A stretch of 64,000 nucleotides of DNA from Candidatus Bathyarchaeota archaeon (GTDB lineage Archaea > Thermoproteota > Bathyarchaeia > Bathyarchaeales > Bathycorpusculaceae): NCBI GenBank assembly GCA_963720565.1, contig CAVRFW010000002.1, positions 1 through 64,000 of the forward strand, given 5' to 3'. Every line of letters begins with the position of its first letter. Position 1 is the first letter of the stretch. The notes under the pieces were generated by a model, which searched no databases, was not told where the DNA came from, and worked only from the letters and a program-made list of their open reading frames with translations. The translations under genes and the position numbers were made by a program. Positions 52,294-63,158 of the stretch are shown in pieces.

Positions 52294-53283
52294 ATATTTG
52301 AACAGTTGGGAGCAGTTGCCAACGCACTCATCTTACTTATTTCTATCCTTCTCTTGGTAATAGGCAGCGAGATAACGATAAGGAATTCAGTCAAAGTCTC
52401 GGATATAACAGGTTTTGGAAAAACAACCGTTGGTTTTATCCTAGTAGGTTTCTCCACCTCTCTGCCTGAACTCAGTGTCGCCATCTTCGCAGTTGCAAAT
52501 CCTGAAAACGTCGGAGTCTCAATAGGAAACGTATTAGGCTCCAACATAGTAAATATCGCCTTGATTCTGGGCATATGCATTATCATAATGGTTGTAGGAC
52601 ACACTGACTTCTCAGGTTACATCATAAACTTGGCCAAGGAGGAAATGGGAAACCTCCAATTCGGACTTTTCATCGCATCAATCATACCAGTCGCTTTGCT
52701 CTACATCGGATATGCAAGCCGATTCATTGGCGTAATCTTGGTCACCATCTTCGTTGTTTACATGATTCAATTGGCAAGAGCCAACAAAACATTGGCACCA
52801 AATCCCTCCTCTTCTGATAGAAGCAAACTCCGAAACTACGCACTATTCGCACTGGTTGGCGCCACATTAGTAATTGCAACTGCATTCTTCATTGTTGAAT
52901 CAGCCACTACCCTCGCTGTCAACGTCGGAATACCACCAGTCGTAATAGGCGCCACGATAATTGCTTTCGGAACAAGCATACCTGAATTAGCCACAAGCAT
53001 CAGTTCCGCCCGCAAAGGCTTTTTTGATTTGGCGCTTGGCAACATTGTCGGCAGCGGTTTCATCAACATCACGCTAATCCTTGGTGTAGCCTTGATTGCC
53101 TCTCCGCTAAACGTCAATATTGCTGCGTTCTCGAATTTGGCTCTATCGTCGCTTATTGTAAATCTGTTTCTATGGTATTTCTTGGGCAGCGGAAAAATAA
53201 GTTGGAGAGAAGGCGCATTATTCTTGGCTCTTTATGCCGCGTTTCTGGCAATAAGCTTCGGAGGCTACAATACTCAAGGGTAG
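52294..53283 (+). CDS. Na+/Ca2+ antiporter (CaCA), paralog of 25357..26334; probable ATA start
   Basis: STSLPEL, GNVLGSN, GTSIPEL. Confidence 0.9.
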   Translation: MFEQLGAVANALILLISILLLVIGSEITIRNSVKVSDITGFGKTTVGFILVGFSTSLPELSVAIFAVANPENVGVSIGNVLGSNIVNIALILGICIIIMVVGHTDFSGYIINLAKEEMGNLQFGLFIASIIPVALLYIGYASRFIGVILVTIFVVYMIQLARANKTLAPNPSSSDRSKLRNYALFALVGATLVIATAFFIVESATTLAVNVGIPPVVIGATIIAFGTSIPELATSISSARKGFFDLALGNIVGSGFINITLILGVALIASPLNVNIAAFSNLALSSLIVNLFLWYFLGSGKISWREGALFLALYAAFLAISFGGYNTQG

Positions 53284-53367
53284 CATCCCGCGCCTGTCCA
53301 ACATTTCAAAATATGACAAAAAGCCATAGTCCATGGAAAAACCCCCTTTTTAGCAACTAACCTATAT

Positions 53368-54156
53368 ATGCAGCATCTCACTAGCACAAAGACTGTTGGG
53401 ATTCTTCTAGAAACAGTCAAACCTAGTCTGACAGGAATACTTTTTCAAGAAAGTTCTAGCAACCAAAAAATGGAAAGGAAATATTTGAACCAAAAAAAAC
53501 CAACAATAATCGAGAATCTCGCTTTCCTCTCAGTAAAGCACAGAGTATACCTCGGAGAACTCTACAAGGCATTAGTTTCAGCCAGAATAACCAGCGAATC
53601 CTCCTGCGCAAACTTAACAGTCCAATATCGTGGCAGTGTTGACAAAGAAGCTATCTTCCTGATAACAGAATACGGTAAGATCGTTGTACAGTTTCGAGCA
53701 CCTGAAGAATTCCTCCAGAGGAAAAACATATGCTTTGAGTCTTGGATGAACACAGATACCGTACGCAAACAATTGTCCAGACAAGATTGTGGGTCGCACC
53801 TTTGTATCATGGTTCAGGACCTGCGGCACGGTATGAAAAGAGTTAACGTAGAGGCCGAAGTGCTGGAACGCCCTGAAGCATCGTCGGTTCGAACACGTCA
53901 CGGGAACAGCGCTACAGTAACCAACGTCTGGATAGCGGACGAAACGGGAAAAGTCAAACTCTGCCTCTGGAATGAGCAAGCAACCTCCTTCGCCGAAGGT
54001 GACACAATACAGATTAAAAATGCCTCAGTATCAACGTTTAGAGGCGAGAGGCAACTGCGCCTAGGGAGAACCGGATCAATTAACGTACTGCAGGATCGGG
54101 CACATGCTCGTGCACCGAGTCAACAATCTGAACTCACTGCCAAGAACACAGTCTAA
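53368..54156 (+). CDS. OB-fold SSB/RPA protein with N-terminal extension
   Basis: DLRHGMKRVNVEAEV..IADETGKVKLCLWN..GDTIQIKNA..FRGERQL. Confidence 0.85.
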   Translation: MQHLTSTKTVGILLETVKPSLTGILFQESSSNQKMERKYLNQKKPTIIENLAFLSVKHRVYLGELYKALVSARITSESSCANLTVQYRGSVDKEAIFLITEYGKIVVQFRAPEEFLQRKNICFESWMNTDTVRKQLSRQDCGSHLCIMVQDLRHGMKRVNVEAEVLERPEASSVRTRHGNSATVTNVWIADETGKVKLCLWNEQATSFAEGDTIQIKNASVSTFRGERQLRLGRTGSINVLQDRAHARAPSQQSELTAKNTV

Positions 54157-54626
54157 AGCAAGCTGCCTTTCTTCAATTCTTGATAGAGCAGACTAGCGCG
54201 CCTAATACTGCAACATATCCACCCGTGTTCATGGAAACATCATCTAGGCTACGGAGACTAAATAGTCGAATTTAAAAGGAGTACGCGACATACATAGTCG
54301 TCGCTTTCTAGACAAGCAAGAAAACCAAAAAAATTAATCGGAAGTTGAGGGACTCTGAAAATTGGCTCAATGTTCATGCGGCAAAAACGCTAACGTGTTC
54401 GAACGCGGCAAAACAGAATGCATCGACTGCTACCTACAACGAAAAAGAAAACTGTAAACGCGTATAGCCTTCAAAATAGGTCGCCTGGTTGACATTCGAG
54501 ATAAGGCAAAGTTGAATATGTACAATACTCAACTCTAATCTAACGCGTTAAAATCTCCTTCTTTGTTCAAATTCACGCAATAGACTTAATAACGATGACG
54601 ACATTTGAGGCGGAAGTGTTTCAACC

Positions 54627-54968
54627 ATGACAAAAAAAGTTCAAGGCAAAAACAGACTAATCGTGAAAACTACCAGAGCAAAGTCTCTTACAACTGTACC
54701 CTTCGAAAGCGGCTTTCAATTCTACACAGCCGTTGGAAGCTACACTGGAGTAACCGCTACTAATCTCAACGAGTTCGCCGCGATGCTACAAACTATTCCA
54801 GTAGAATCGATAACTTTCCATTTTCAACGGAAAGACTTCCAACAATGGATAAAAGACACCTTTAATGAAACAAGGCTTGCCGAGCAAATGAACAACATAA
54901 TGCAGGGATTATCCGCTGAGGACTTGAGAAAAGAAATCCTCAGCATTGTCAAGACACGTGCAGTTTAG
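54627..54968 (+). CDS. DUF5752-like protein
   Basis: FQFYT..ATNLNEF..SITFHFQRKDFQQWI. Confidence 0.75.
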   Translation: MTKKVQGKNRLIVKTTRAKSLTTVPFESGFQFYTAVGSYTGVTATNLNEFAAMLQTIPVESITFHFQRKDFQQWIKDTFNETRLAEQMNNIMQGLSAEDLRKEILSIVKTRAV

Positions 54969-55022
54969 TTGAGAAGAAACCCTTTTTAAGTTAATAGGGT
55001 TGTAGCGCTTCTCTTGCAGCGT

Positions 55023-55079
55023 GGGATTTGATTGACCCCTTTTTCTAGGTGGAGAAGTCCCTTGCAAATCCCTTTTTTT
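55023..55079 (+). terminator. Hairpin plus T7 tract between convergent genes
   Basis: gggatttg (55023-30) pairs with caaatccc (55065-72), followed by ttttttt. Confidence 0.45.
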
Positions 55080-55156
55080 GTGCAGTGCGCACTTGTCCAA
55101 AAAGCTCGACCTTGCTTCATTCTTCAGGATGTCTGCAGTCTGCTGAACAAGAAAAA

Positions 55157-57191
55157 CTACCGCAACTGTTCTTCCATAGCTGGACATAGGACGAAAGCGG
55201 AGCGAGCGGGCAGATAGAGACTAAGCATATTTCGCCTTCGTGCCTCAGTATCGTTCACGAGAGTGAAGTGGACTTGCTCGGGTATCAGCCGACCGTGCCC
55301 CCCATACTTTGGGGCGTCACAGTCCAGAATCATCCAGTATTTTCCAGGAGGAGCCTCAAACCGATAATCAGTGAAGGATTTGTGAGGATTAAAGTTAAAG
55401 GCGAAAATCAAATCAGCCCTCTTGAAGATAATGACTTTGTCAACGAAGTTTTCATGCAGAAGCTGCGGGACTGACGATTCAAGGAGCCGCTTTGTCTTAG
55501 CCATTGCGATCATGTCACGGTCAAACATGGATAGCAGATGATACTTCAGGTTGGGGTCATCTGCAAGATGCCATTGTCGACGTGCATGCTTGAAAGACCA
55601 GTTATTTCCTTCTCGGGGGAAATCTATCCAGTCCGGGTGACCGAACTCGTTGCCCATGAAATTCAGGTAACCATTGCTAGCCGTGGCCAGAGTTATCAAA
55701 CGGATCATCTTGTGCAACGCCATTCCCCGCGACACCCTTGGGTTGTCGTCACCAATCTGCATGTGATGGTACATGTCTTCGCCAATCAGTCGAAAGATAA
55801 GTGTCTGATCTCCCACTAACGCTTGGTCGTGAGATTCAGCGTAACTAATAGTTTTCTCGTCTTTCCTAGAGTTTGTGAGTTCAAACCAAAGATCACCAGT
55901 GGGCCATGTCTCATCTTCATAATCCTTCGTTAAACGAATCCAGTAGTCAGGCACCCCCATTGCAAAGCGATAGTCAAAACCGAACCCGCCCTCATTCTGA
56001 GGAACCGCTAAACCCGGCATCCCGCTGACATCTTCGGCTATGGTAACGGCGTCTGGCTGAACACTGTGAATCACCCGGTTTGCCAGAGCCAAATAGGCCA
56101 ATGCATCTTCATCCACGCCGCCGTCAAAGTAATCCCTGTATGAAGTGAACACTCGACTGAGACCATGTTCGAGATAAAGCATACTAGTGACGCCGTCGAA
56201 CCGAAAACCATCAAATCGGAATTCATCTAGCCAATATCGACAGTTCGAAAGCAAAAAATGCAGAACCTCTGGCTTGTAATAATCGAAGCAGCGTGAATCC
56301 CAGGCCTTGTGTTTTCCACGCAGGACCTTCATGAAAATACTGATACAATGTCCCGTCGAAGCAACTTAATCCCTCAACCTCGTTGGACACGGAGTGAGAA
56401 TGGACCAAATCCATAAAAACGGCAAGTCCATGGCTGTGAGCTGTATCAATTAAGAGTTTCAAATCCTCCGGCGTTCCGTACCGCGATGAAGGAGCGAAAA
56501 AGTTTGACACCTGATACCCAAATGAACCGTAGTAGGGATGTTCCTGAATGGCCATCAACTGCAACACGTTGTAACCTGCATCAACAATGCGCGGAAGCAC
56601 CCCGAAAGTAAATTCACGAAAGGAACCAATCTTCTCTTCCTCCTGCGCCATACCAACGTGTGCTTCATAGATTAACGGGACTTCTTCAGGTCTTTTGAAA
56701 CGAGTTTTCCAACGATAAGCCTTCGGAGGCAGCCACACTTGGGCATTGAAAATCAAAGTTTTCGGATCTTGCACAACCCGTCGAGCATAAGCAGGAATGC
56801 GATCCCCCTCACCCCCCGACCAGCAAACACGAAGCCGATACAAGTCACCATGAGCCATTTTATCTGCAGCCAAGCGAATTTCCCAGACACCAGACCCGTT
56901 GATCTTTTCCAGCTCAAATTCTCTGCTAACCTGCCATTTGCTCATGTCCCCTATCAGATAAATCGCAGTAGCGTTTGGCGCCCATTCACGAAAAACCCAT
57001 TCGCCGCGTTGGAAATGCAGACCAAAATATTCATGGCCAGACGCAAAATCTGCCAGAGTCATTCGCGACTGAGTGAGCCGCAGCTCTGTTTGTTCAATAC
57101 GCTCCAACCGATGTCGAATCTGACTCGAAAAAGGAGTTAAATACGAATCACTTTTCAGAAGGCGAGTCAATCGGCTCTCAAGGTCGCTCAT
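55157..57191 (-). CDS. glgB: 1,4-alpha-glucan branching enzyme, GH13_8 type; frameshift near 56320
   Basis: FREWAPNA, IYEAHVG, FRFDGVTSMLY, IAEDVSGMP, YAESHDQALVGD, GYLNFMGNEFGHP. Confidence 0.93.
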
Positions 57192-57378
57192 CTACAATCC
57201 TTGTTTTGTTTTAATTTCCAAACAACTTAACCTTTTCTTTAAACTCAGGAAAAACCGAAATGCCCTGCTAGCTATAGAGCTCATGCTTGTTCCAAAAATG
57301 GCTTAAAATGGTTTAAAATCCGTCCAGGCGCGCTCACAAATAATTTGCTCGCGTTGTCGTTTCACTCGACAAAGCGCC

Positions 57379-58695
57379 TCATTTTTCTCCGAGCATTCGT
57401 ATCGCGTTTGAAGCTGACAGGGCGGAGGTTTCCATGCTTGAGACCGACGGCTCTATGGCGTTGACATATATTAGCCGTTCATCCATGCGGGTCGGAGGCA
57501 ACTTGGTTACGGGTTTGAATATTGGGTAAGCGGCTTTCCAGCAGTGCTCTATAACAGGGACTTCTCCATTCTTGAAGATGCCGCCAAATATGTTGTGATC
57601 GAGGGGTTTTGGCGAGGAAACCGTTACCAGTGACTCTCCATCGCTTGATTTTTGGATGTTGTAGTGAGTTATTGGATCTGCGTCTTTCGTAGTCAATACA
57701 ATAGATGGAAGCTCTGCAGCGTTTTTCAGACCAAAGTAGTCCGGGTCAAGAACGCCACGCATAACCCGCCTGTAAACGGCTCGATAAGGCTGAGGCTCCC
57801 AACCGTCCATGGACAAGCCATCAAACTTTATGTCCGCAAGATCTAGAGGTGTTGCGATAATCACGCTTTCGAAAACCGTCATGCCTTCCTCAGTATACAC
57901 CTTGTAATTTCCTTTGGGCGTCTTTTCTATCACTTCAACTTTTCGCCCCAGCTTAATCGCTGCATCAGATGCCTCTGCAAGATGAACTGGCAGAGTGTTG
58001 TTGCCATCAGCCAAACTGTATATTTCGCCGGAGTAGACTCCAATTAAGGACGAAATCCCTGCGAATCCTCCTAATTCCGCGTTCTGTGAATATATGATCC
58101 TTGTGATGGGGGCTACAATTTCATCGATGAATGCTTGGCTTACACCTCTCTCAATTAAGACTTCAGAAAAGGACTTTTTGTGCCATTCGTCCAGGCCTGC
58201 GGACTTAAGAAGTTCACTTATATCAGCAGGGTTCTCAAGTTCTTCTCGGTATAGTCTATCAACTTGTCTTTTTACTTTCCTTAGAAGAAGGAAAACTTTC
58301 CCCAAACTGAGTCTGTACTTTGCCACAAGCTTGAGGCTAGTGGCAAATTCCTGCTTGTTTGACCTAAAAACGAATTCTGAACCGTTCCACACTCCGAAAT
58401 CCCTGCGCTCTTCGATGGCGGTGATCTTGAGCCTCTCAGCTTTCACAATGTCTAAAAGTGTCCTGTTGAAGCCATTGAAGAAGGCTGCTCCCAACTCAAG
58501 AGCTACCCCGGAGGATTTATGTGTCAGGATCCTGCCGCCTATTCTGTCCTGAGAATCATAGATAGTCACCTTTACGCCTGGAAGACGTTTGCGTGCAAAA
58601 TATGCAGCACAACAACCTCCAATACCCGCACCAACGACCGCCAAATTCTCCATCTGCATTCGAACATGTATGAGCACAGAATCAGATAAACCCAA
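57379..58695 (-). CDS. Prenylcysteine oxidase/lyase-like FAD enzyme
   Basis: AVVGAGIGG..AAYF, GVWNGSEFVF, VIIATPL, W.AAYP, LIYVNAIEPSVSSMETSALSASNA. Confidence 0.8.
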   Translation of the reverse strand: MGLSDSVLIHVRMQMENLAVVGAGIGGCCAAYFARKRLPGVKVTIYDSQDRIGGRILTHKSSGVALELGAAFFNGFNRTLLDIVKAERLKITAIEERRDFGVWNGSEFVFRSNKQEFATSLKLVAKYRLSLGKVFLLLRKVKRQVDRLYREELENPADISELLKSAGLDEWHKKSFSEVLIERGVSQAFIDEIVAPITRIIYSQNAELGGFAGISSLIGVYSGEIYSLADGNNTLPVHLAEASDAAIKLGRKVEVIEKTPKGNYKVYTEEGMTVFESVIIATPLDLADIKFDGLSMDGWEPQPYRAVYRRVMRGVLDPDYFGLKNAAELPSIVLTTKDADPITHYNIQKSSDGESLVTVSSPKPLDHNIFGGIFKNGEVPVIEHCWKAAYPIFKPVTKLPPTRMDERLIYVNAIEPSVSSMETSALSASNAIRMLGEK

Positions 58696-58777
58696 GCGGC
58701 GTCTACCTAAACTAGATGAATTGGAAAAAAGAAGCTCAATCTGAAAGCGAAGAATGAGGCTAAGGCACTGACGTGTC

Positions 58778-59263
58778 CTACTTTGTTTCCGTTAGTAGAC
58801 TTTCGAAAATGCGATGATGTTCCTCTTCATCGGACAAGATCCGCACAAAAAGTTTCTCTGTTATGTAGTCGTCTTCTTTCTTTGCTGTGGCTATTATTTG
58901 TTTGTAAAGATTAATTGCGAACTCTTCTTCCGCCTTATCTATCTGCAGTATATCCGCAACAGTTTTCCCAAGAACGAGAGGAGACACTTTGGTGGGCGGT
59001 TCTCCTCCCAGGTTAGAAACTCTCTCTGCAATCGCTTCCGCATGCCGCATCTCGGTAATGGCTATCTTCTTCAGGGATTTCCCTGGAAGAAAAATGGACC
59101 TGTGACTGGCCACAAAGCCTGCGGCTTTCAAAATAGATGAGTCTCCCCCAATGTGGAGCGTGTGCTGCATCATGTACTGCATTGAAACCTTCATTTCTCT
59201 GCCTGTCGCGTCGATGAGCAAAGTCAACAACTCTCCCGAGATTTGCGTATTTTTTTTTGCCAT
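58778..59263 (-). CDS. Ferritin-like (bacterioferritin-related) protein
   Basis: RE..VSMQYM, TEMRHAE, EE..I.LY, DEEEH. Confidence 0.85.
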   Translation of the reverse strand: MAKKNTQISGELLTLLIDATGREMKVSMQYMMQHTLHIGGDSSILKAAGFVASHRSIFLPGKSLKKIAITEMRHAEAIAERVSNLGGEPPTKVSPLVLGKTVADILQIDKAEEEFAINLYKQIIATAKKEDDYITEKLFVRILSDEEEHHRIFESLLTETK

Positions 59264-59432
59264 AAGAATCCCATTTGCTTATTTACTGCTAATTCAGTCG
59301 AGCATTTTATTTAAAGTTACGTGACAACCGCGCTACTAGAACGTCATCATAAATTGCGATATCGGAGTTTGAGCAGGTAAGAATTAGGTGAGAGCGCCAG
59401 CGTCACCAAAACCTTCATTTCTCACCCGAATC

Positions 59433-60233
59433 TTACTTGACGATAGCCTGAAGGGTTCTGGCGGTGTTTACCCAGATTTCGACTGTCTCAGAAGGAGGAG
59501 TCCGCCTAACCAGGCGTCTCTCGCTGTTAACTTTTCTCAAAGTCTGAGAAAGATAGCGAGGATTTCTCGTTGAAAGATCAGAGACCGAGTTAACTCCTGC
59601 CGACTCTAGAAGTGTGGCGTATTTTCTTCCTACACCTCTCACTCTAAGCAAATCTCCACGATACACCCACCTAAGCAGCGTCGTGTAGGGCACACCAACC
59701 CGATCAGCTAATTCTTGTCGCCTACGCTCCGTAGCACAGACTCTGAGCAAGTCATTGACCGAGTGTATTCCTGAAATTCTTAGCAAAGCACCATACGTCG
59801 GCCCAATACCGTCCACTATTTCAACGTCTTGTTCCAACCGGAGCTGACTTCCTGTCGTCACAACACTTGGCGGGTTCTTCATCGCTGCGGGAACCACCGT
59901 TAGTGCTGGAGGTATCGTCTCTGTGCGCGGATCAACAGGTTTCGCCTCAGGTGGAGGAGTTGATAAATTAGGAGACTTAGGCATAGGCGGAAGCGGTTCG
60001 CGATCTCCTGAGTAACGAACCACGCCGAAAACAGACGCGGCAATGATAGCCCATAACAGTCCGTTCAAGACACTGGTTACAAGAGAGGCGACAGAAAACC
60101 CAAAAATAAGACCCATCACCTGGGGGAAACCAAAATACCTTAGAAGCAATTGGGCAGGAGGAAAACCAGGCAGCACTAAAGTAATCCCCACAAGAATCAA
60201 GAACGAAGCCACAAACACTGCTGCAGTTTTCAT
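59433..60233 (-). CDS. DUF4332 (HhH) protein with N-terminal TM helices
   Basis: VDGIGPTYGALL, DLLRVRGVGRKYATLLESAGV, VRRTPP. Confidence 0.85.
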   Translation of the reverse strand: MKTAAVFVASFLILVGITLVLPGFPPAQLLLRYFGFPQVMGLIFGFSVASLVTSVLNGLLWAIIAASVFGVVRYSGDREPLPPMPKSPNLSTPPPEAKPVDPRTETIPPALTVVPAAMKNPPSVVTTGSQLRLEQDVEIVDGIGPTYGALLRISGIHSVNDLLRVCATERRRQELADRVGVPYTTLLRWVYRGDLLRVRGVGRKYATLLESAGVNSVSDLSTRNPRYLSQTLRKVNSERRLVRRTPPSETVEIWVNTARTLQAIVK

Positions 60234-60372
60234 GCCTAGCAGATAGGCACCTCATCTTTCTTTACATTTATGAAGTTGAAGTCTTAATCAAGAATAACCC
60301 TCGCAGCTAACGAAAACCGCTGTAACCTCCATTGAGAACCGTGCGATCCAGTCTTTCTCAACCTGCAACATG

Positions 60373-60612
60373 CTACACGCTATAGCTAAATTCCGGAATC
60401 TGCCTTCGTAGCTTAGGACCAGGTATTGTTCCTTCAAGCTTTTCACATTGACAGGTTTCGTTTTCTTCCTTCGTCTTACATTGCTCACAGAGCCCGGAAA
60501 GTGGTTTCGTGGAGATTTTCTGGTAGATGTATAGAGGGTATTGTGTGCAGTTCTCGCACCAGTGCCACTTGTCATAGTCGCTTCCCCTAACGTAGTCCAC
60601 CAATTTGTTCAC
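60373..60612 (-). CDS. Small WHWCxNC protein, paralog of 36415..36606
   Basis: DKWHWCENCTQYP..LCEQC; GAGGTGA SD. Confidence 0.75.
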   Translation of the reverse strand: MNKLVDYVRGSDYDKWHWCENCTQYPLYIYQKISTKPLSGLCEQCKTKEENETCQCEKLEGTIPGPKLRRQIPEFSYSV

Positions 60613-60978
60613 CTCTCTCTAATGTTAAAGTGCGCGCGCGTCGGCACGCAAAGGTCGTTGAAGCCAGGATCGTGCAGGAGACAAGGGGGATTTTGAGCAC
60701 GCGCGCACCAGTTTGGTATCTGCAATATTGAGTGTTAATAAATATTGTTGCTAACCAGTCCAACAGAAAAACAACTATCCCTCCAGAGCACACACACACG
60801 AGAACAATCGATCTCCTATAAGCATACGTCAAAAAGACGCTAAGAGAACAAGAGGACAGATTCTGGCGGTCGCCAGGATGCAAAATTCGCGAAACGTCGT
60901 TTCTGCGCTAATACATTTTAATGTGGGTAACGACAAAAAGGATGTATCCCAGCGCCTGCTGCCAAGGTTGGCTCCACA

Positions 60979-61632
60979 TTGGAATTTGAAAAAGAGTATT
61001 TCGACTACAAAAGGTACATGACCAGAGAGAAAGTAATCAAAAGTCACGTCTTAAAAGTGTTGGACTGGGCATCCAGAGTGATCGACATAAACCTCCTCAA
61101 AGGAACAAACCGAACTGCCCTAGATGTAGGCTGCGCATGCGGGTATTCCTCCCAAGTGCTGTCACAGTTGGGATATCGAACCGTTGCAATTGACTTGTCA
61201 AAATGGGGGGTCCAGCAAGCGCAAAAAAATAAAAACGGAGACTTCGTGGTATGCGACGCCCAGGCAAACCTTCCCTTCAAAGAAGGAAGCTTCGACTTGG
61301 TAACCTGCTTTGACGTTCTAGAGCATCTTGAGTCTCCTGAGAGCGCACTAATGCAAATGCTCAGAATATGCGCCGGAGCCCTGGTCTGCACCACTCCTAA
61401 CGGAACCGTTGAGAAATACGTGAAAAGAATAATCGGAGACTATGACGAAACACACATTAATAGCCGTTCGGCTCCCCACTGGAAAAGAAGCATTGTAAAC
61501 ATAGCGCATCCAAAAATAGTCAGAGTAGACACGTTTTTAGACTTCTCTGGGAAAATGGGGCAAAGATTCTTCCATAAGTCGTTTGAGCTGCCTAAACTCG
61601 GGTCAACAGTCCGAGTCGCAATTGCGAAATAA
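60979..61632 (+). CDS. Class I SAM methyltransferase
   Basis: ALDVGCACG, FDLVTCFDVLEHL, TTPN. Confidence 0.88.
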   Translation: MEFEKEYFDYKRYMTREKVIKSHVLKVLDWASRVIDINLLKGTNRTALDVGCACGYSSQVLSQLGYRTVAIDLSKWGVQQAQKNKNGDFVVCDAQANLPFKEGSFDLVTCFDVLEHLESPESALMQMLRICAGALVCTTPNGTVEKYVKRIIGDYDETHINSRSAPHWKRSIVNIAHPKIVRVDTFLDFSGKMGQRFFHKSFELPKLGSTVRVAIAK

Positions 61633-61994
61633 GCGCTTACACAATTGAGCTTATTTCCGCTGTCAAGAACCTACGTTTTCCTCGAATCAGAGGAGCAACC
61701 GCAATCAGGAATAATCACGACACTATTGTTGTTGGAAGCGCCAGTCTTGCTTCTTCTTCTTTCACGTTAATGAAAGGTTTTTTTACAACGATAAGTCATG
61801 CAATTGGCACTTTATGCTTTAACAGTCTTTTCAATGCTCTAAACGCTTTTCTTTCGGCACCTTCCTGGTGTGCGTTAATGCTTGAATTACAGGAAGCTAG
61901 TAATAGTCGAGCATCAATCACAAACCCTTAGCTTCCAGTCATTGGTTAGGTAAAAAGCCGAAGCGGAGTTGTTTTAGGATACAAACTAAATAGA

Positions 61995-62330
61995 ACCAGT
62001 CCACAATCATTCACGAATACATCTCCAAGTTACCCAAAGATGTTAGAGATATTCTAGAAGAACTGAGATGGGTGATCAAGAAAACAGCACCCAAAGCTGA
62101 AGAGACGATAAGATACGGGATACCTACATTTTCGCTCAACGGCAACCTGGTACGCGCGCTGGTACATTTCGCAGCTTTCTAAAACCACATTGGCTTCTAC
62201 CCAACGCCCTCAGCGATCGCAGCTTTCAAAAAGGAATTGTCCCCTTCAAACAATCAAAATGCACAGTCCAGTTTCCATTAGACAAACCGATTCTACTTGA
62301 ATTAGTGAGGAAATTGTGGAATTTGGGATG
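61995..62330 (+). pseudogene. DUF1801/YdhG-like pseudogene
   Basis: EYISKLP..APKAEETIRYGIPTF..HFAAF*NHIGFYPTP..TVQFPLDKPI with an internal stop, indels and a 12-nt insertion. Confidence 0.8.
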
Positions 62331-63158
62331 CAGCACAATACATCAAATTAGAAATAGTTGGCAAAATTGTCATATTCTGAGTGTGACCAAAATAAGGCAA
62401 TTCAACAGGTCAAGTTAACACAATTTCTCCATAACACGTTTTCAGCAATTCTTGGATGCGAGCACGCAACCTGTTTATTAACCAAACTCTCTGAAGAATC
62501 CTCTAAGAGGATTTCAAAAACTCAAAAAACACGCCCAAGTATTAACACTAATTCAGCAACTTTCACCTTTGTTGAAAACCAGCTGACTAAGAAAATATCA
62601 AACAAGTTTAAGTCTCCACAGTCAAGGTAATAGTCGGGAAAGATGAACCATGAAGCGTTTACAAGTCGTTAAGGTTGATTTGCTCGACGGAGACACTCAC
62701 TTCGTTCTTCTGGATTCCAAGTATTCCAAAAAAAATGAAAACGCAGAAGACTACGACGAAACGGAAGTAAAGAAAGAGTCAAAGAGGGACGCCTCAAAAC
62801 CGCTGACGCTGTTTCGAGCTGACTAAGACCAAACCTTCCTGTTTCATCCTCACAGCTGTTTAAAAAAATGAGATTTGCGGAAGAAATATCCTGCCTCACG
62901 CGAATACCTTGACATTTACGTACCTCACCGCTAGAACCAGAAATAACATGAAAGCACTCGCCAAGCCACGCTAAATTAAAAGTTGCTTGCGTCTACATAA
63001 AGTCTTTCAGACGTGTTGTTTTCCCCGCCTCGGTCTCTGTTAAATCAGTAACCCTAAACCAACCGCACGAGGTACAATTCACTAGCCTGCTCTTGGCATT
63101 AATCCCCAATTCCCTGAAGCACAGAGGGCATCTCAAATTTTGTTTATCTCCTTGGAAA

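Noticed and set aside
56300..56335. Programmed frameshift in glgB
   Set aside because: No slippery heptamer; the break is mid-catalytic domain and similar indels are widespread in the window
38009..62826. Other sub-60-aa ORFs (38009..38188, about 45900..46049, 62650..62826)
   Set aside because: Plausible but no motif or paralog to support them
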